Notes: generated by a model from the sequence alone, not told the origin. A DNA stretch of 64,000 nt from Nymphaea colorata (GCF_008831285.2 NC_045138.2:23498001-23562000); one strand, 5' to 3'; positions 1-14,122 are shown, numbered from the stretch's first letter. Numbers and translations: made by a program.

Positions 1-56
1 AAGCTGCCCTAGTAGGAGCTTTCATTGGGGGATTGTAGCCTAATATATAATTAGCC

Positions 57-3000
57 ATGCTTTCTCAAGAATCTTGTGACTTAAAGGTGTGCATGAAAGT
101 TGCCCAACATAAAGAAGAAAAATTAGAACGAAAATGGGCTCTCAAAAAGCAAGCCAAGAGGTATGATCCACATCGGACCAGACCACCTGAAAATAAAGTG
201 ACACCAACAGTTAAAGAGGTGTTACAGCCCACCTATAACAAGCTCAAAAAACAATACATTACCCCACAAGAACGTGATGAAAGAATGGCAAAGGGGTTAT
301 GTTACCATTGTGATGCTAAATGGTTCAAGAGGCATAAGTGCAAAGAGCAAAAAGTGTTCATACTCATAGGTGACGAAGATGATGAATATGAGGATGAACA
401 ATCCGACTAAGAAGAAAATGAAAAAGCAGCTATAGAAGAGCAAAGCACAACTGAGTTAGCAGCAGGAAGAGAAGGGTTATGTCATATATTGACCAACCCT
501 GATGGCCCGAATTCGATGAAAGTTAGAGGACGAATAGGCAAACATCAAGTTATTGTTCTTATTGACACCGGTGCTACACATAATTTCATGAGTACATTGA
601 TAGCCCAAAGCATTGGATTCCAACCTAATCCTTAAGTGGCCTTTAATGTCATGGTAGGATATGAGTCTAAGTTGCCTTGTACTGAAATGTGCAAGGATGT
701 TAAACTTGTCATGCATAAGATTCCCATCACGGTTGATCTATTCGTCTTGCCAATTGGAGGAGTAGACATCGTCTTGGGTGTGCAATGGATGAGGACACTA
801 GGCCATATCACTTGGGATTTTAAGGAAATGACTATGTCATTTCCAAAGGAGGGTGGTGAAGGGCAAGAGACATTGACAGTCATTCAGACACATGTAGAAT
901 CTAAAGTGGCCATGAAAGCATTGACAGCACAACAGTCGGCTATGTGGCTAGTTATTATGGTAAAGGATGTCATTCCCACGGTTGAGAGCAGTGAGAATAC
1001 AATAAATGTTAGACCAGTTTTCGGAGGGTTTTTGAGGAACCTAAGGGCTTGCCTCCTACGAGATCTCATGATCATCACATAACACTTACCAAAGGGGCTG
1101 AAGCGGTTAGTGTTCGGCCGTATAGATATGCTCATTGCCAAAAAGCTGAAATCGAGAGTTTAGTGAAAGAAATGTTCGAAAGTGGAGTAATAAGGCCAAG
1201 TAACAGTCATTTCTCCTCACCGGTGTTGCTTGTGAAGAAAAAAGAAGAGACTTGGAGATTTTGTGTTGACTATCGTGCTCTAATTGATGTCACTGTGAAA
1301 GACAAACACCCAATACCAGTGATAGATGAACTTCTCGATGAGTTGACTGGGGCTACAAAATTCTAAAAAATGGATTTAACGGTTGGTTATCATCAAATCC
1401 ATATGGAGGAGATGGATATACCAAAAACAGCTTTTCACACACATGACGGACACTATGAATTCTTGGTAATGCCTTTTGGCCTTACAAATGCACCAGCCAC
1501 CTTCCAACAGTGCATGAACGACTTGTTTAGAGCCTACTTGAGGGAGTATGTACTTGTGTTTTTTGATGAAATTTTGGTCTACATCCTGAGCTTAGAACAG
1601 CACATGAGACACTTAAAAACAGTCTTACAAATCCTAAAGGACAATCAGCTCTATGAAAAAATGTCGAAGTTCATATTTGGCCTAACTTCAGTGGGATATC
1701 TTAGACACATAGTATCAAATGAAGGGGTTAGAGCTGAACTGGATAAGCTTGCAGTAGTTGAGAAATGGCCTAAACCGAAGGATGCAAAGGGCCTACGAGG
1801 TTTCCTTGGCCTCACGGGCTACTATCGGCATTTTATACATGCTTATGGGTCCATAGCTGCACCCCTAACACATATGGTCAAGAAGGGGCCGTTTATATGG
1901 ACTGAAAAATCAGTTGAGACATTCTGTAAACTCAAGCATGCATTGATTACTGCACTCATCTTGGCGTTGCCTAACTTTGAGAAAGATTTTACTATTGAGA
2001 CGGATGCAAGCGAAGTGGGAGTTGGGGCAGTCCTCAACCAAGAGGGACACCCTATAGCATACATGTCTAAGGCTTTGACTAACCGAGCCAAGCCTTTATC
2101 TACTTACGAGAAATAACTCTTGGCAATTGTATTAGCGGTTGAGAAGTGGCGTCCATATGTGCTTGGGCACAAGTTTGTGGTCTGGACTGACCATAATAGT
2201 CTGAAATACCTTGTGAACCAGAGGGTAAGCACTCCGATTCAGCAATATTGGCTTGCAAAACTCATGGGATATGACTTCATTGTTGAATACAAGAAAGGAC
2301 CAAACAATACCGCGGCCGACTCTCTATCACGTGTAGGTGAACAAATGATGACGTTATCCGTGGTTAGCACAAATCTATGGGATAGGATTGCACTTGAGCA
2401 GGAATTGGTGGACAACCTAAGATTTCTGAAAGTTACATTAAAACAAAATGCCAACTCTCTCCCACATTACTTGGTGAAAGGCAACATCTTATGCCGGAAA
2501 GGCAAAGCAGTCATACCAAAGCAGTTCGAGCTTACTAGACAGCTAATACAACACTTTCATAACACCATGTCAGCTGGACATGAAGGAGTGGCTAAGACTC
2601 TTGCCTGAGTCAAAAGCCAATTATGGTGGGAAGGTATTTTAGATGAAATTTGAACTTATGTGCAACATTGCCAAGTTTGTCAAAGGGAGAAGAATGAGAA
2701 TATGAAGCCTCCCGGACATCTATGCCCTTTATCCATACTGAAACAGCCATGGGTTGATATTTCCATGGACTTTGTGGAGGTCATGCTAAGGGTTGAAGGG
2801 AAAGAAGTTGTGCTCGTAGTGGTTGACATGTCAACGAAGTATAGTCACTTCGCACCTCTTTCTAGACACTACAATGGACCGCTCGTGGCAAGTGTATACC
2901 AAGACTAAATCAAAAAGTTGCATGGTATACCACATAGTATTGTATGTGACCGTGACTCAATATTCTTGAGTACTTTTTGGAGGGAGCTGATGAGGTTAGC

Positions 3001-3810
3001 AGGGACAAAGATCCATTATAGCACTGCCCATCATCCTCAAACGGATGGCAAAGCAAAGTTGTGAATAGGACCTAGGAAACTTGCTTGCATTGCTATGCGG
3101 GTGAGGGTGAGAGACCAAATACTTAGATCAAACTTCTAGCTTAGGGTGAATGGTCATATAATTCCAGCATTCATTCTACTATTGGGATCGGTCTATATGA
3201 AGCCCTTTATGGGTATCCACCTCCAACTATACCACATTATGAAGAGGGCATGACAAATGAGACATGGTGGATTGTGAATTACGCAACTGAAATGAGATTG
3301 TAGATTCTCTTTGGAAGAACATAGTAAGAGCTCAAAACCGAATGAGCCAAGTCTATAACAAAGGACGGAAGGATAGAGAATTTGCAATTGGTGATTATGT
3401 GTGGCTGAAGAGATTGAAGATGAGGCATCGTTCAGTCATGGGACAACCCTATTCCAAACTATTACTGAGGTATTATGGACCATTTAGGGTACTTCAGCAG
3501 ATTGAGAAAACTGCTTATAAATTGGCTCTACCAGCTACAGCTCTTGTCTATTCTATTTTCCATGTTTCCCGATTGAAGCCACACCATGGAGACATACCAT
3601 CTCAAGTAGAAGACATACCAGACATGCATCCAGCTCCTTATTGCATTTTGAGACATAGGCATGTCATGAGGAAAGGAAAACCAAGGCATGGAGTTATTGT
3701 GGAGTGGACCGGTTTAGACCAAGGGACATCATGGGAAAGCTTCGAAGATGTGGTGCATCCTTTCCCTCAAACACGAACTTGGGGACAAGCTCACTTCGAG
3801 GAGGGTGGAC
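57..3810 (+). pseudogene. Gypsy gag-pol remnant with multiple stops and frameshifts
   Basis: ORF fragments 57-410, 636-1082, 1049-1366, 1370-2116, 2120-2608, 2660-2908 and 3342-3860 tile a gag-PR-RT-RH-INT-chromodomain polyprotein. The RT catalytic motif reads FFDE. Confidence 0.92.
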
Positions 3811-3811
3811 T

Positions 3812-6795
3812 TGATACGCACCGACCTAGCACATGGCCGAGGAGGCTGCCGAGGGTGTAGGCAAGGCACCAGCTGCTATCGCAGTCATAGCCGAGAGTAG
3901 CGAGAGGGTTAGCGCGGCCGCAGCTGAAGATAATGACTTCAGGCGATGTGAGGTTAACCGAGCAGAGATGCAAGGTGAATCAAGGCATTTTGAGCGAAGG
4001 GAGGCTAAACCCATGATGAGTAGGTCCAAAGCACTAGGTATAGAGCGCAGGACAAGCAGGCCGAATGAGAAAGGCCATTACGAATGTAGTGAGGTTAACA
4101 CTACAACCAGCAAGGTCGAAGTGCAAGGCGCTAGGTGCAAGCAGGCCGAGGCAACTCGGGCATGCGTTTACATTTGTTGTGAGGTTAACCTTTAGAAAAG
4201 AGAGAGTTGTGGCAGATTGATTTCAGCCAAGGCTGAGTGCACAGAGTTGATAGTGGCTTCGAGCAGAGGCCAGCCAACTGAGCAGAGCTTAGGTGCGATT
4301 GAGTGCAGTCAGGTCAAACGGCGAGAGTCCGGTCAGAGATCAGCAGAGTGAGGCTGAAGGTCAGAGGTTGCTGGTTCGGGCAAACGAAGATTGTGCAGCT
4401 GGACTAGCTTGGGGCAGACCAGGCTAGCCAAGAGTTCGTCAAGGTCAGGTTTAGCTAGCAAGAGCTCAGGCTAACCAGAGCGCATCGTGGTTGGGTTCAA
4501 GCCTAGACCAAGTCATTGTACTTTTCTGTTTGTTGAGTGAGGTTTTGTACTCGTCTTAGTTCGAGACAATGAGTGTGACCCGAGACATTCCAATGGTATA
4601 TAAACTGGAGATTGCGCTAACTTTTGTAACTTTTAAAAATTCAATCAATGAAATAGACTTTTTCTCTCTCGCGTGAGAGTTCTTGCCGCTTGAGTGTGGC
4701 ACCAAAAAGCTTGGCCGACGAGGGAGACTCGTCGGAGAAGATGCACGACACCAGGACCAAAGGCAACGTATTTCAGAGCAGTTGTGCGAATCCGACCGAG
4801 GTGCAGGTGTCTTCCATCCCAGAGACATCGAGAGGCCAAATCGGAGGAAGGAGAGCTTGGTGGAGAAGCTTGGACGCCAATCAATCGAGAGATTTCGAGA
4901 ATTGCTGCAAGTGACAGCCGGAGTATATCTCCGTGAGGATGACCTGTTGTTCCGATCAAAGGAGAAGGAGATGCTGACGATCTGCTCGATTCGAGTTTTA
5001 CTTATCTAACGAACATATTAAATCGGTTTGATTCAACTTAGATCGAAGGGTTTGAGGAAGATTTGAGGTGCTGACGAGATCGAGTGAGAACGATCCTTGT
5101 TTTAGGCAGATCGCCTAACGTCTGGCTTAGATCTGTTTTAATTCTTCTAAAAATCAGTTCTCCATGTCGCAATTGATGTTCGCTTGCTGTGAATGATCTG
5201 CGATGAGCAACAGAGCTGAATCTGTCGAGGAATTATAAGATGAAGACGAAGAACAGGTGCTGTTTAGACACAGTGACAAAAATCTCTAATCATCTACAAA
5301 TTTTGGACGATTGGAGATAGATCTGACAATGGAAATAGCTCAGATGTCTTTGTAATCATTAGAGGATCATTCTGGTAAAGTTTGGGAAGAATCCAAGTTG
5401 ATTTGGAAAGTCCACTAGAGCTGATCTGAATCGCGGCTGCGAAATGCGGAAATCGGCGGCGCTGTTCCTCCGATAGCCAGAATTTGGCCAAATTTCATCT
5501 TCAACGAGCGGCCAACTGGAAGCAAATTTGGAGCGTCTAATCCTCCAGATCTTGGCTTCCTCCAACCGAAATTTCACGATTGTTAGAGCTCTATGTGAAG
5601 AGAGATGATTTTTTTAAGGAGACTACCTCTAGAATAGCACCTGAGCCTGCGACAAGCTGTTTTAGGCTGAACACAGCTGATTTTGCCTTCAATGAGTCAT
5701 CAGCTGGGAATGACTTTGGGGCTGATCTTTGGAGCATCTTTTTATCCAGATCATAGCTTCGTTCGGACCAATTTTCACGATTTTAGGAGCTCTGGACACG
5801 GAGATATGATTATTTGAAGAGGCACAGGTCTAGAAGCTGGTTTCACACATGCAAGACGGATTCTCGCCAGTTTCCCCAATTTCTGTTACAGATTTTGGTG
5901 AAATCTATTCTATGGTGCATTCTCCATGACTCGAGGTTGATTAATTAAGGAATATACATATGCTTGAGCTATTGAATAATTTGCAGCACCAGATTCATTA
6001 CTGATAGCTGCTGTGGTGTGCGGATTCTTGAGCAAAACCTGATTTCTGAAGAACGCGCTGCCGGCGCTGAACGGGGCACCTGTTTCCCCCTCTTACAACA
6101 TTCGACAGGGGTTCAATCGATCCTTGGTGACGCTCCTAACCTTTTGAGATCTCCAGATTATCTTTGTTTTCATCTCTGCAGTCACTTCTAGTTTCTGGAA
6201 GCTGTTGTCACAGAACTCTCAGGCGAGCAGGGACTAACCAGTAGGAAGAGAATGAGCTGCTGAGGAGATGATCATTGAAGGAACGAGCGCTGGCGTCTTT
6301 CCAGCATCTGCCACCCCCTAATTCAATCACAACAGGGGTCTAAACTGATATTCAGTGAAGTGCAGAACCTCATTGTATTTCTGTACTTCTGTTTAACCGA
6401 TCTTGATCTGATGTGTTCCTGTTGATTTGAGGTGAATCCGAAGAAGATGAACTCAGCTGGGAGTCCACTGCAGCTGTTGATCGAGGAGGCCATTGCTGTG
6501 GTGAATTGCTGAATACCGAGGATTATTTGGACTTCTTCCTCGGTGAGTGCTGGACTAGCTCCAGCAAGGTACTCACGAACCCCCTATAGCTGTGTGGGAG
6601 GGTGTATTTAATTTGCAGCCAACCTATGGGTTTATAGTTGTAGGGAATCCTCCAAGACTCATCTAGCCGAGGACACATTCCCAAGCTGTTTGACTTTCCT
6701 AGGGCCAAGGGTGTGGAATGCTCGTTTTAGGGATTGTATGCATGGTTTGCATGGATCTTGTGATTGTTGAGTGAGGGAGAGCCCATCTTGTATCA
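3812..6795 (+). repeat. Probable 3' LTR (~2.98 kb) of the Gypsy element
   Basis: Starts TGATAC right after the PPT-like GAGGAGGGTGGAC and ends GTATCA, a 6-bp terminal inverted repeat. TATATAAA lies near 4597. The partner LTR is not in the window, so the right end is inferred. Confidence 0.65.
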
Positions 6796-7489
6796 TTGAC
6801 ACTTGTAAAGTCTCACAACCCCACTCTTGATTGTGATAGGTGGAGACTTTTGGGAGGGAAAAATCTACTTGTATATCAGTCCTAAGGGAAGTATTAAGTC
6901 AGGGCTGCTGTCCAACTTGGGCTCGAAATTTGTAATCTCTGTTCTTTTATATTCCCTCGGTGTGTCCGTCCCCAATAGATCTTGGGAAGCGACTGCATCT
7001 TGGCCTGTTTTCGGCAGCTACAAGGGCAGGGCGCAACAAGTGTGTCATGTGCTCCCCATAAGAGAGTAATCATGCCATGACTAATTTATAGAGGTTAACT
7101 AGGGCATGTAGTTGAGAGAATGGGTTAGTTGGCTTAATTCTTGGGTTGTTAAGGATAGATTACATGGGTTATGGTTGCTGGAGAGTGTAGCCACCAATGT
7201 TCATTGCGTGGGTAGGTGGTGCCTTAACCTACTACGGAGGGCCAGTACATAAGATAGCAGCCTCAAAGCATGGCTAAATTGCATAGCTTTTGGTGATTTG
7301 CGAGGCACTAAGGGGTCATTTGGCAACAATAGCAAATTGTTACTGTCCAATGAAACTTCCCTATAAATTGGGGTGGACTCAAAAAACACTATGTTACAGT
7401 GTAGAGGCACTTGAAAACCCTAATAACGGGCGAGCAGTAAACGTTAAGTTGATCAAAACTCAGATTATGCATAAGCCAATTCTTATTTT

Positions 7490-10420
7490 GAATCTAGCTA
7501 TATGTCTTTTCTCAAATTTGACTTCCAATGTATGCTTCATTAAAGAGTGACACAAACTCACTATTAAGATCACATGATGTTGATGGACAATATGAGTTTT
7601 AGTATAATTATTGATGAAATTTCTAATTGCGAATCATTTTGTCCCTCAATTACCAATGGACAAATTTATAATCTTGAAAACAAATATATGCTATAAAGAG
7701 AGGCTTAATAATTTGAAATATGGTTTTGAAGATTTGGCTTTTCTTCATTATAGAAAAACTCACTAATAAAATTTGTTTTCAATGCATTTGGAACATACAA
7801 ACTCAAACTGTTTGTATTCTTAATTATACTTGAAGCCAAGCAAGAAGTAAAAAGATTTAAGTACACCCCACTACCAATATCGATAAAAGTAAAGTATGTA
7901 ATTTACCTTTATTTTATTTTATTTTGATGTAATATTTAATTTTATGCTAACATTACTAACTATAGTTCAATATGAATACAAAATAATCCAATTAAGTTTG
8001 TCTTTACTTGAAGTGTTTGTTTTCTATCACATTAATCACAACTCAAATTAGTAAACAATTGACAGAAAATATTTCTAATTAAAGATGCACACCTCAATAC
8101 ATTTTTCTAAAACCAAGAGAAAATCTTTCTACTTTCACAATGCCTAGAATGCTTTTTTTCGGGTCAAATATTGCCTTTGTTTCAACTATGCCATGTGGGT
8201 TGTTGTCTATGTGCATACCATGAATGTATCAAAAGCAAATGACCAAAATGTCCTTAAGGAAGATAGTCAACTTTGCATTAATTTGGGTCTTCTTTGGATT
8301 TAATTTCTTGTGTATTTAACTGATTCACATTTGATTCATTTGCATTCCTACAATTGAAAATGAAAGCCAATTAAAATTTCAGGTCACATTATTCTAAATG
8401 AATAATGCAATCTTTTATGATATCGACACTTAAGTTCTATATAAGAAAGTTATTATTTTGAAATTGAGTTGTATGCTTTTCTCAAATCTAGTTTCAAATG
8501 TATGTTTCATCAAAAGACTGAGCCAAACTCAAAACTAAAATCGCATTATGTTGATGAACAATATGGTTTATTTTAGCATGATTACTGATGAAACCTCTGA
8601 GCTAAGCCTGGGCACTGGGCCGGGCCACCGCCGGGTACCCGGCCCGACTCAGGCCTGGGCCCAGGCCTTAAAAAACTGCTAAATGGGCTTATTTTATCGG
8701 GCCCGGTAATTAACGGGTCGGGCTCGGGCCCTCGACTGTGTTCGTCGGGGGCCCGAGAAACCCGACAATAATTTTAAAATTTTTCAAAAAAATAAGCTTA
8801 GGTCAGGGTTTTCATTTCATACTCGATATTTTCATTCTCTAGTTGTCTGTCGTTCTCCTCTAGTCCTCTACTCCTCTGCGGCTCTGCAAGCAAGACCAGC
8901 GACGCAGTCTCCTCCAGTCCTCCCCATCGCCCATCGACCGCTTCCTCTGGTCCTCCCCGTCGGCCGTCGCCCATCGGTAATTTGGCTGTTTCATCTAGTC
9001 ATCCCCCTCGCCGATCAGCTGCCTCTCGTTCCGCGGGAGAGGAAATGCTTCTCTCCCAGTTCTCCCTTTTTATGCTTCTTCATTTCCTAAACCTGCTTTC
9101 CTATTCGAATATTTACGATTGCTCTGTTGTCGTTGAGTGCGAAAGCTAAAAATGGTTGAATAATTAGAGCATTAAATTAGTCATGGTTTTGCTTTTTGAA
9201 TGGTGATGGCGAATGATTTTTCTTCTTACTCACCTTCATAACATCATTTTTGGCTGAACAATTTTTTTGCACCCAAGATGTTCAATGAATCAATATGGCA
9301 TTCTTAAGGGAGGGCATCGGGCCGGTGGGCCAGGCCCGGCCCGGCTCGATAGCCCGGGTCTCGGCCCGAGCCCGACCCATTTAAAATTAAAAAATAAAAT
9401 TTTAATTATAAAATAAAATTTTTAAATATTAAATATATTTATTAATAATAAATATATATTCTAATTACAAAAAAAATTAAAAAATATTTTTTTAACCAAA
9501 ACGGGCCGGGCCAGGCTTCCCGGTTTTTCCCGGCCCAAGCAGCTCTAATTGTTCTCTTAATGTTAGTTGTTTCCCTAATTTAATAAGGCAGACTGTTCAC
9601 AAAAGCTGTACGAATAATGTTTGTCTACGTATGACCTGCATTTGTGTCTATATAACAGGTTAGAACTTCGAATGCAATAGGGCTCAGGTTGCTCACAGGA
9701 AATATCACCATGTAAGAGAAGTCCGTCCAAAAGAAGCCCGGCCCTGCCCGGCCGGCCCGTTAATAATTGGGCCGGGCTGGGCCAGGCCTCGGGCATAAGA
9801 TCAAGCCTGAGGCCCGATTAGCTATAGACCCGGCCCGGCCTGATTATTAACCGGCCGGGTATCAGGCTGGCCCGATAAAGTAATCGGGCTTAAAAATGGA
9901 TGTTTTTATCGGGCGGGGATGGCCCGGCCCGGCCCGATGCCCAGCGAGCTACATATTCATTTTGTCCCTCGACTACCAACCAACAAATTGACAAATTTGA
10001 AAATAAATATATGCTATAAGGAGGGAGGTGAACGGTCGGAATATGATATTAAAGACTTGGATTTTCTGTATTATAGAAAATCCAACTAATTCAATGTGTT
10101 TTCAATGCATTTTGGAACATGTAAACTCAAACCATTTGTATCATTAGTAGGAAAATAAGAAGTAAATAGATTGAAATCCTCCCTATCATCAATATCAGTA
10201 AAAGTAAAGGTATGCAGTGTACTTTACAATTTTATCTTATCTGGATGTTATATTTAATTTTATTCTTACATTTCTAAGTATAGTTAAATATGTGAATACA
10301 AAATTATCCAATTAATCTTTTCAGCGTTGAAAGTGTGTTGGTTTTCTGTCACATTTAATCCTAGCTTAAATTAGTAATAAATTGACAAAAAGATGGTTTC
10401 TACTTAAAGATGCATAATGT
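7490..10420. repeat. Diverged ~600-bp direct duplication: 7490-8100 versus 8460-8604 plus 9952-10420
   Basis: Shared blocks such as TTTTCTCAAAT, CATTTTGTCCCTC, AAATATATGCTATAA, TTTTCAATGCATTT and TTAAAGATGCA occur in the same order. The second copy is interrupted by a MITE. Confidence 0.8.
8605..9945. mobile_element. Non-autonomous TIR element (MITE-like, rich in GGCCC/GGGCC motifs)
   Basis: Ends are AGCCTGGGCA and TGCCCAGC, with dense subterminal GGCCCG motifs. GAGCTA is duplicated on both sides (8599-8604, 9946-9951). Removing it restores collinearity with the paralogous copy at ~7610-7650. Confidence 0.8.
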
Positions 10421-12582
10421 TGGTGCATTTTTAACAATACAAAACAGGTTATGTTTCCTTTTTCTATTATAGTCAATTCTTTCAATGAAAATTTTTCTCT
10501 TTTTTTAGAAAGATTAATGAAAACCAACAAGTATTTAAAGGGCTTTTCTATCTTTTTTTGTCAATAATATTTCTATTCCAAGTAGCCCAACCATGCCGCT
10601 AATGGGAGTGTGTTAGTAGACATATAAAGAACACTTGCAGTTTCAAATAACATAAATGGGCTATTTGCTGTCTTCAATACAAAAAAAAACAAAACTGCCT
10701 CAAATGCCAAACTCCATTTACAACCTTGTTCCTGTCACTCCATATGTAGGATGAGAAAAAAAAAAAGGAAAGGCGCATGATGTGATCAACATGCCTACTA
10801 AACATTATATAAAGGGAGAGGTAAACCAACGGGGGCATATTAAACCACAAGAGAGAGTGTGTATGCAAGACTAGCTTATGGCGCCTAAAGCGAAAGCAAA
10901 TGCAAGTGTGCTAAAGCAATGGAAGAAATAAATGGTTACCTACAGGAACAAATTGAGTGCTTGAGGAGAAAACTTGGCATAGAAATTCAAATCATTCTTA
11001 GTTTTTATGTTAACCATTTTCTATTTTTCCATCAATACGTTTCATTTTATTTGCCAGTGAGTATGTCGTAATGTTTGCTTCTTCTTCTCCTTCTTTTTTT
11101 TTTTTATTTTTTTTTTGTAGCCAAGAGGTACTGGACAACACTCAATTGGAGACATGCATTGCGGTCAAGCGTTATGATATGTATTGCTTTGTTTTTTTTT
11201 TTTTTTTTTTTTGGACCTTTGGCTTTTATCTGTCATTTTTTTTAACGTTCGAACTTGTTTTCTTAGGGTATTTTGCCTGCGGATTCCTGCAGACCTTGAA
11301 GATCTTATACAAAGGACTGAACAAGCTGGCTTTAAGTAGAGGAGGAGCCAAAGAAACTTCAGCGACATTGCTTTGGTTCATTTCAGAGATGTAATATTGA
11401 TGAGGAACAATCTATCTTTGCACATGCATGTGTGATTTTACAACCAGTTCTGTTTTTCTATTTTCTCTAAGTTTTCCTGGTATCGTGCTTTCGTAGTTCA
11501 AGTGTGGCTCGCTATAATGTCTTAGTGTAGATAATTACGCCACAATCAATCTTTCTCTCTCTCCAAAACAGAGAGAGTGTGTGTGTGTGTGATGCTGCAA
11601 AAGGACAAACAGGCCGATATAAAAGCAGGGTTCGGGTCTCACATCCATAGGCCTGACGCCGATTGGTCACCATGTCGACCATATTCTAAACAGATCGCCA
11701 TATCGTGTTGCAGGAAGTTAGATTAAGAACTAAGCTATCAATCCAAGAAAAGAAGATAGACGTAAAATATCACATGCATGCTCGTGACATTTTATTGCAT
11801 TTTATTTTTAGGTTTTCATTTGTCTAAGTTTTAAAAGCTTGCTGAGACATTTTTCTTGACATTGGCAATTTTGCCGTGTTATAACCAAGAACATTTTATA
11901 TAGATTTATTTAGTTATCGGAGAGAGAACCACACAGCGAACGACACTTTGTACGATTGTAAAACAATATGCATGGATGACTCTTTTCTCAAAAACTGATG
12001 TTTTCTAACATGTGATTGGGATTAGTAAGAGGCAACAGCAGAGATATATGAGGCTCGTATGGGCAGTGGCCCATGCCAGAAATCAAAATTTATTGAAAAG
12101 GACTTGAAATTATACTCTAATGGTTCACATATTAGCTGTGTTGCCCACTCCAAACCTTGGTTGATTCGAGTGCCCCTTAGCCAAAAAATTCTACCTCTAC
12201 CACTAAGAAGGGATGAAAAGGGTATAGAACAATGCTGTTAGTAAAGAGACAGATATACGACGCGACTGCGGCAAGATGATGTTGTAGTGTAAAGGACTTT
12301 TGGAAAGATACATATCAAGAGTGACTGTTCACAGCTTGGTGCAAGAGCTGCCTAAATGAAAGAAAGTTCATGACATGCTGTCCTCCGGATTGAAGTTTAT
12401 AAGAAGGGATTTGTGGAGCAGCATCAAAACAAAAGAGAAGGGATTGGTGGAGCAGCATCAAAACAAAAGAGAAGAGAAGAGGAAGAGAATCCGGCAGGAT
12501 GGCGCTAAGAAGAAAGGGAACCCGTTGAAAGAAAAATAGCCCCAAAAGCCAGAGTTGCTGCAAAATCCAAATCAATCTAAAT

Positions 12583-12835
12583 TGCTGGTGCAGAGTTAGC
12601 CGATGCTTATTCCTCAGATGCCATCATTAATTCTTTTATGAAAAAAAAATTGATGACCCATAGACCTTCTACCTCCATGCAGCATTGCTCTGTCAGGCTT
12701 CTGCGCGTTGCATAAGATTCTCCACTGCGGTCTCCCACTGCTGTGGTTGATCATCCTCTTCGACCAGCTACTGATTATCGCGATTATCGCCTTGAAAAGC
12801 TATTACCGTGCCAACTAGCTAATCAGACGCGAGCC
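12583..12835 (-). pseudogene. rrn16: Decayed plastid 16S rRNA fragment (NUPT)
   Basis: The reverse complement reads GGCTCGCGTCTGATTAGCTAGTTGG..CAGTAGCTGGTC..AGAGGATGATCA..AGCCTGAC.GAGCAATGC.GC.TGGAGGTAGAAGG..GGAATAAGCATCGGCTAACTCTG, matching plastid 16S as recalled. It has substitutions and an internal deletion. Confidence 0.88.
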
Positions 12836-13356
12836 ATCAAACCAAGAAGGAGAAAATGACAAGGGAATCAAGTCGTTTGTATCAATTAAATTTCTCATTC
12901 ATCATCGTATTTCATTTTAGTCATCACTTGTTATTTTGTGATGCATTTATTGCAGCCAATTATCTGGAATGACAGACAGTGGTGGATATGCCGTTGACAC
13001 ATACATCCAATCATCATTAGTTAAATATGTCCATTGCCGCCTGACATGATAACCCATATGTACGTATAATGTGTATTTTTTCAACTATTAATTTACTTGT
13101 CGAATTTTATCTAAGTATTTTTGCATTTTAGGCATCTATTTTATCTAAGTTTGTAGCGTACATATTGAATCATATTGAATTGGCATATCTTGAATCGAGT
13201 CACACAAGAAGGAAAGAAAATACCCAAAATAAACTAAGTGTCAACTTTAAAAGGGAGGGGAGGGGGGGTGGTACGAGTCATGCAACTGTTGACCCAAGCT
13301 CATGCCAGCCTGGTGCTTTCTACATCAAGATTCTATTATGGTTAACGGGTTCTTGT

Positions 13357-13647
13357 TATGAATGTCAATGGATCATATTCAAATCTGATATACCCTTAAT
13401 TTTCAGATATTTACATATTGGGACTCGGATTCGCATACTAACAAAGAAAAGTTATTCTGAATCTGAAATATCCAACCGAATCTGATCGGATGTTATACAT
13501 ATATGAATCCAAATTCGATCAGATGTCATTTATTAAATCCAAATCCGACCTGATTTCTTGATCGGATATTATTATTTTTTTCATATATGATTTTCTGGCT
13601 CAGGTCAGTTGTATGTCTGATCCAAATCTGATACATTGACATCTATA
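13357..13647. mobile_element. hAT-like MITE (TAGGGATGTCAATG family, rich in ATCCGA/TCGGAT)
   Basis: Imperfect TIRs TATGAATGTCAATG and CATTGACATCTATA, with internal ATCCGA repeats. Confidence 0.6.
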
Positions 13648-14122
13648 ATCCTTGTGCGTAAATGAAGTGCTTGTAGATTACTATGGTTTTTGTATGGGAC
13701 AAACAAAATGGATGTAGTTTAAATAGGTTGAGTATGCATGAGTAGGATGGTCATAGGCAGGTCAAAGCAGGGTGCCAAAAAAAAAAAAAGAACTAGGTAT
13801 ACGACTGGCCTTTTGCAAATGGTCGGGTCCATATCGAGTTTAATTAAGACCTAATCAAGTTTTTCAGCAGGTCCTTCCGCTCTATTTGGCCAGACCCTAC
13901 CCAATCCGGTCTGATTGGCCAACCCCAAGCTCCAGTATAAATCCAGTTCAAGTTTTATAGCTAGAGATTGATCCGGGTAAATCGGAGTAGTAATTTGAGC
14001 CATAAGTATGTGCTTACCTAAAATGTGCAGTAGACCTGCCTCTTTTATCCATGCATATGATCATCTAATATCTTGAGAAACATGCTTGACATATACAATT
14101 TTTTGACAAGCTTAGCTAATAG

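Larger units (their letters stand above)
1..6795 (+). mobile_element. Ty3/Gypsy chromovirus-type LTR retrotransposon; 5' part lies outside the window; decayed
   Basis: Domain order is gag Zn knuckle (CYHC..HKC), protease ([10 protein letters not shown] at ~557-590), RT ([23 protein letters not shown]), RNase H (TDAS..VGAVL), integrase (GH..CQVC, ISMDFV, GPF), then a chromodomain-like C-terminus. A purine tract and a TG start follow at 3812. Confidence 0.93.

Noticed and set aside
3833..5009. ORFs of 80-120 aa in the GC-rich region after the Gypsy integrase
   Set aside because: They lie inside the putative LTR, have no recognisable motifs, and overlap on both strands as expected by chance.
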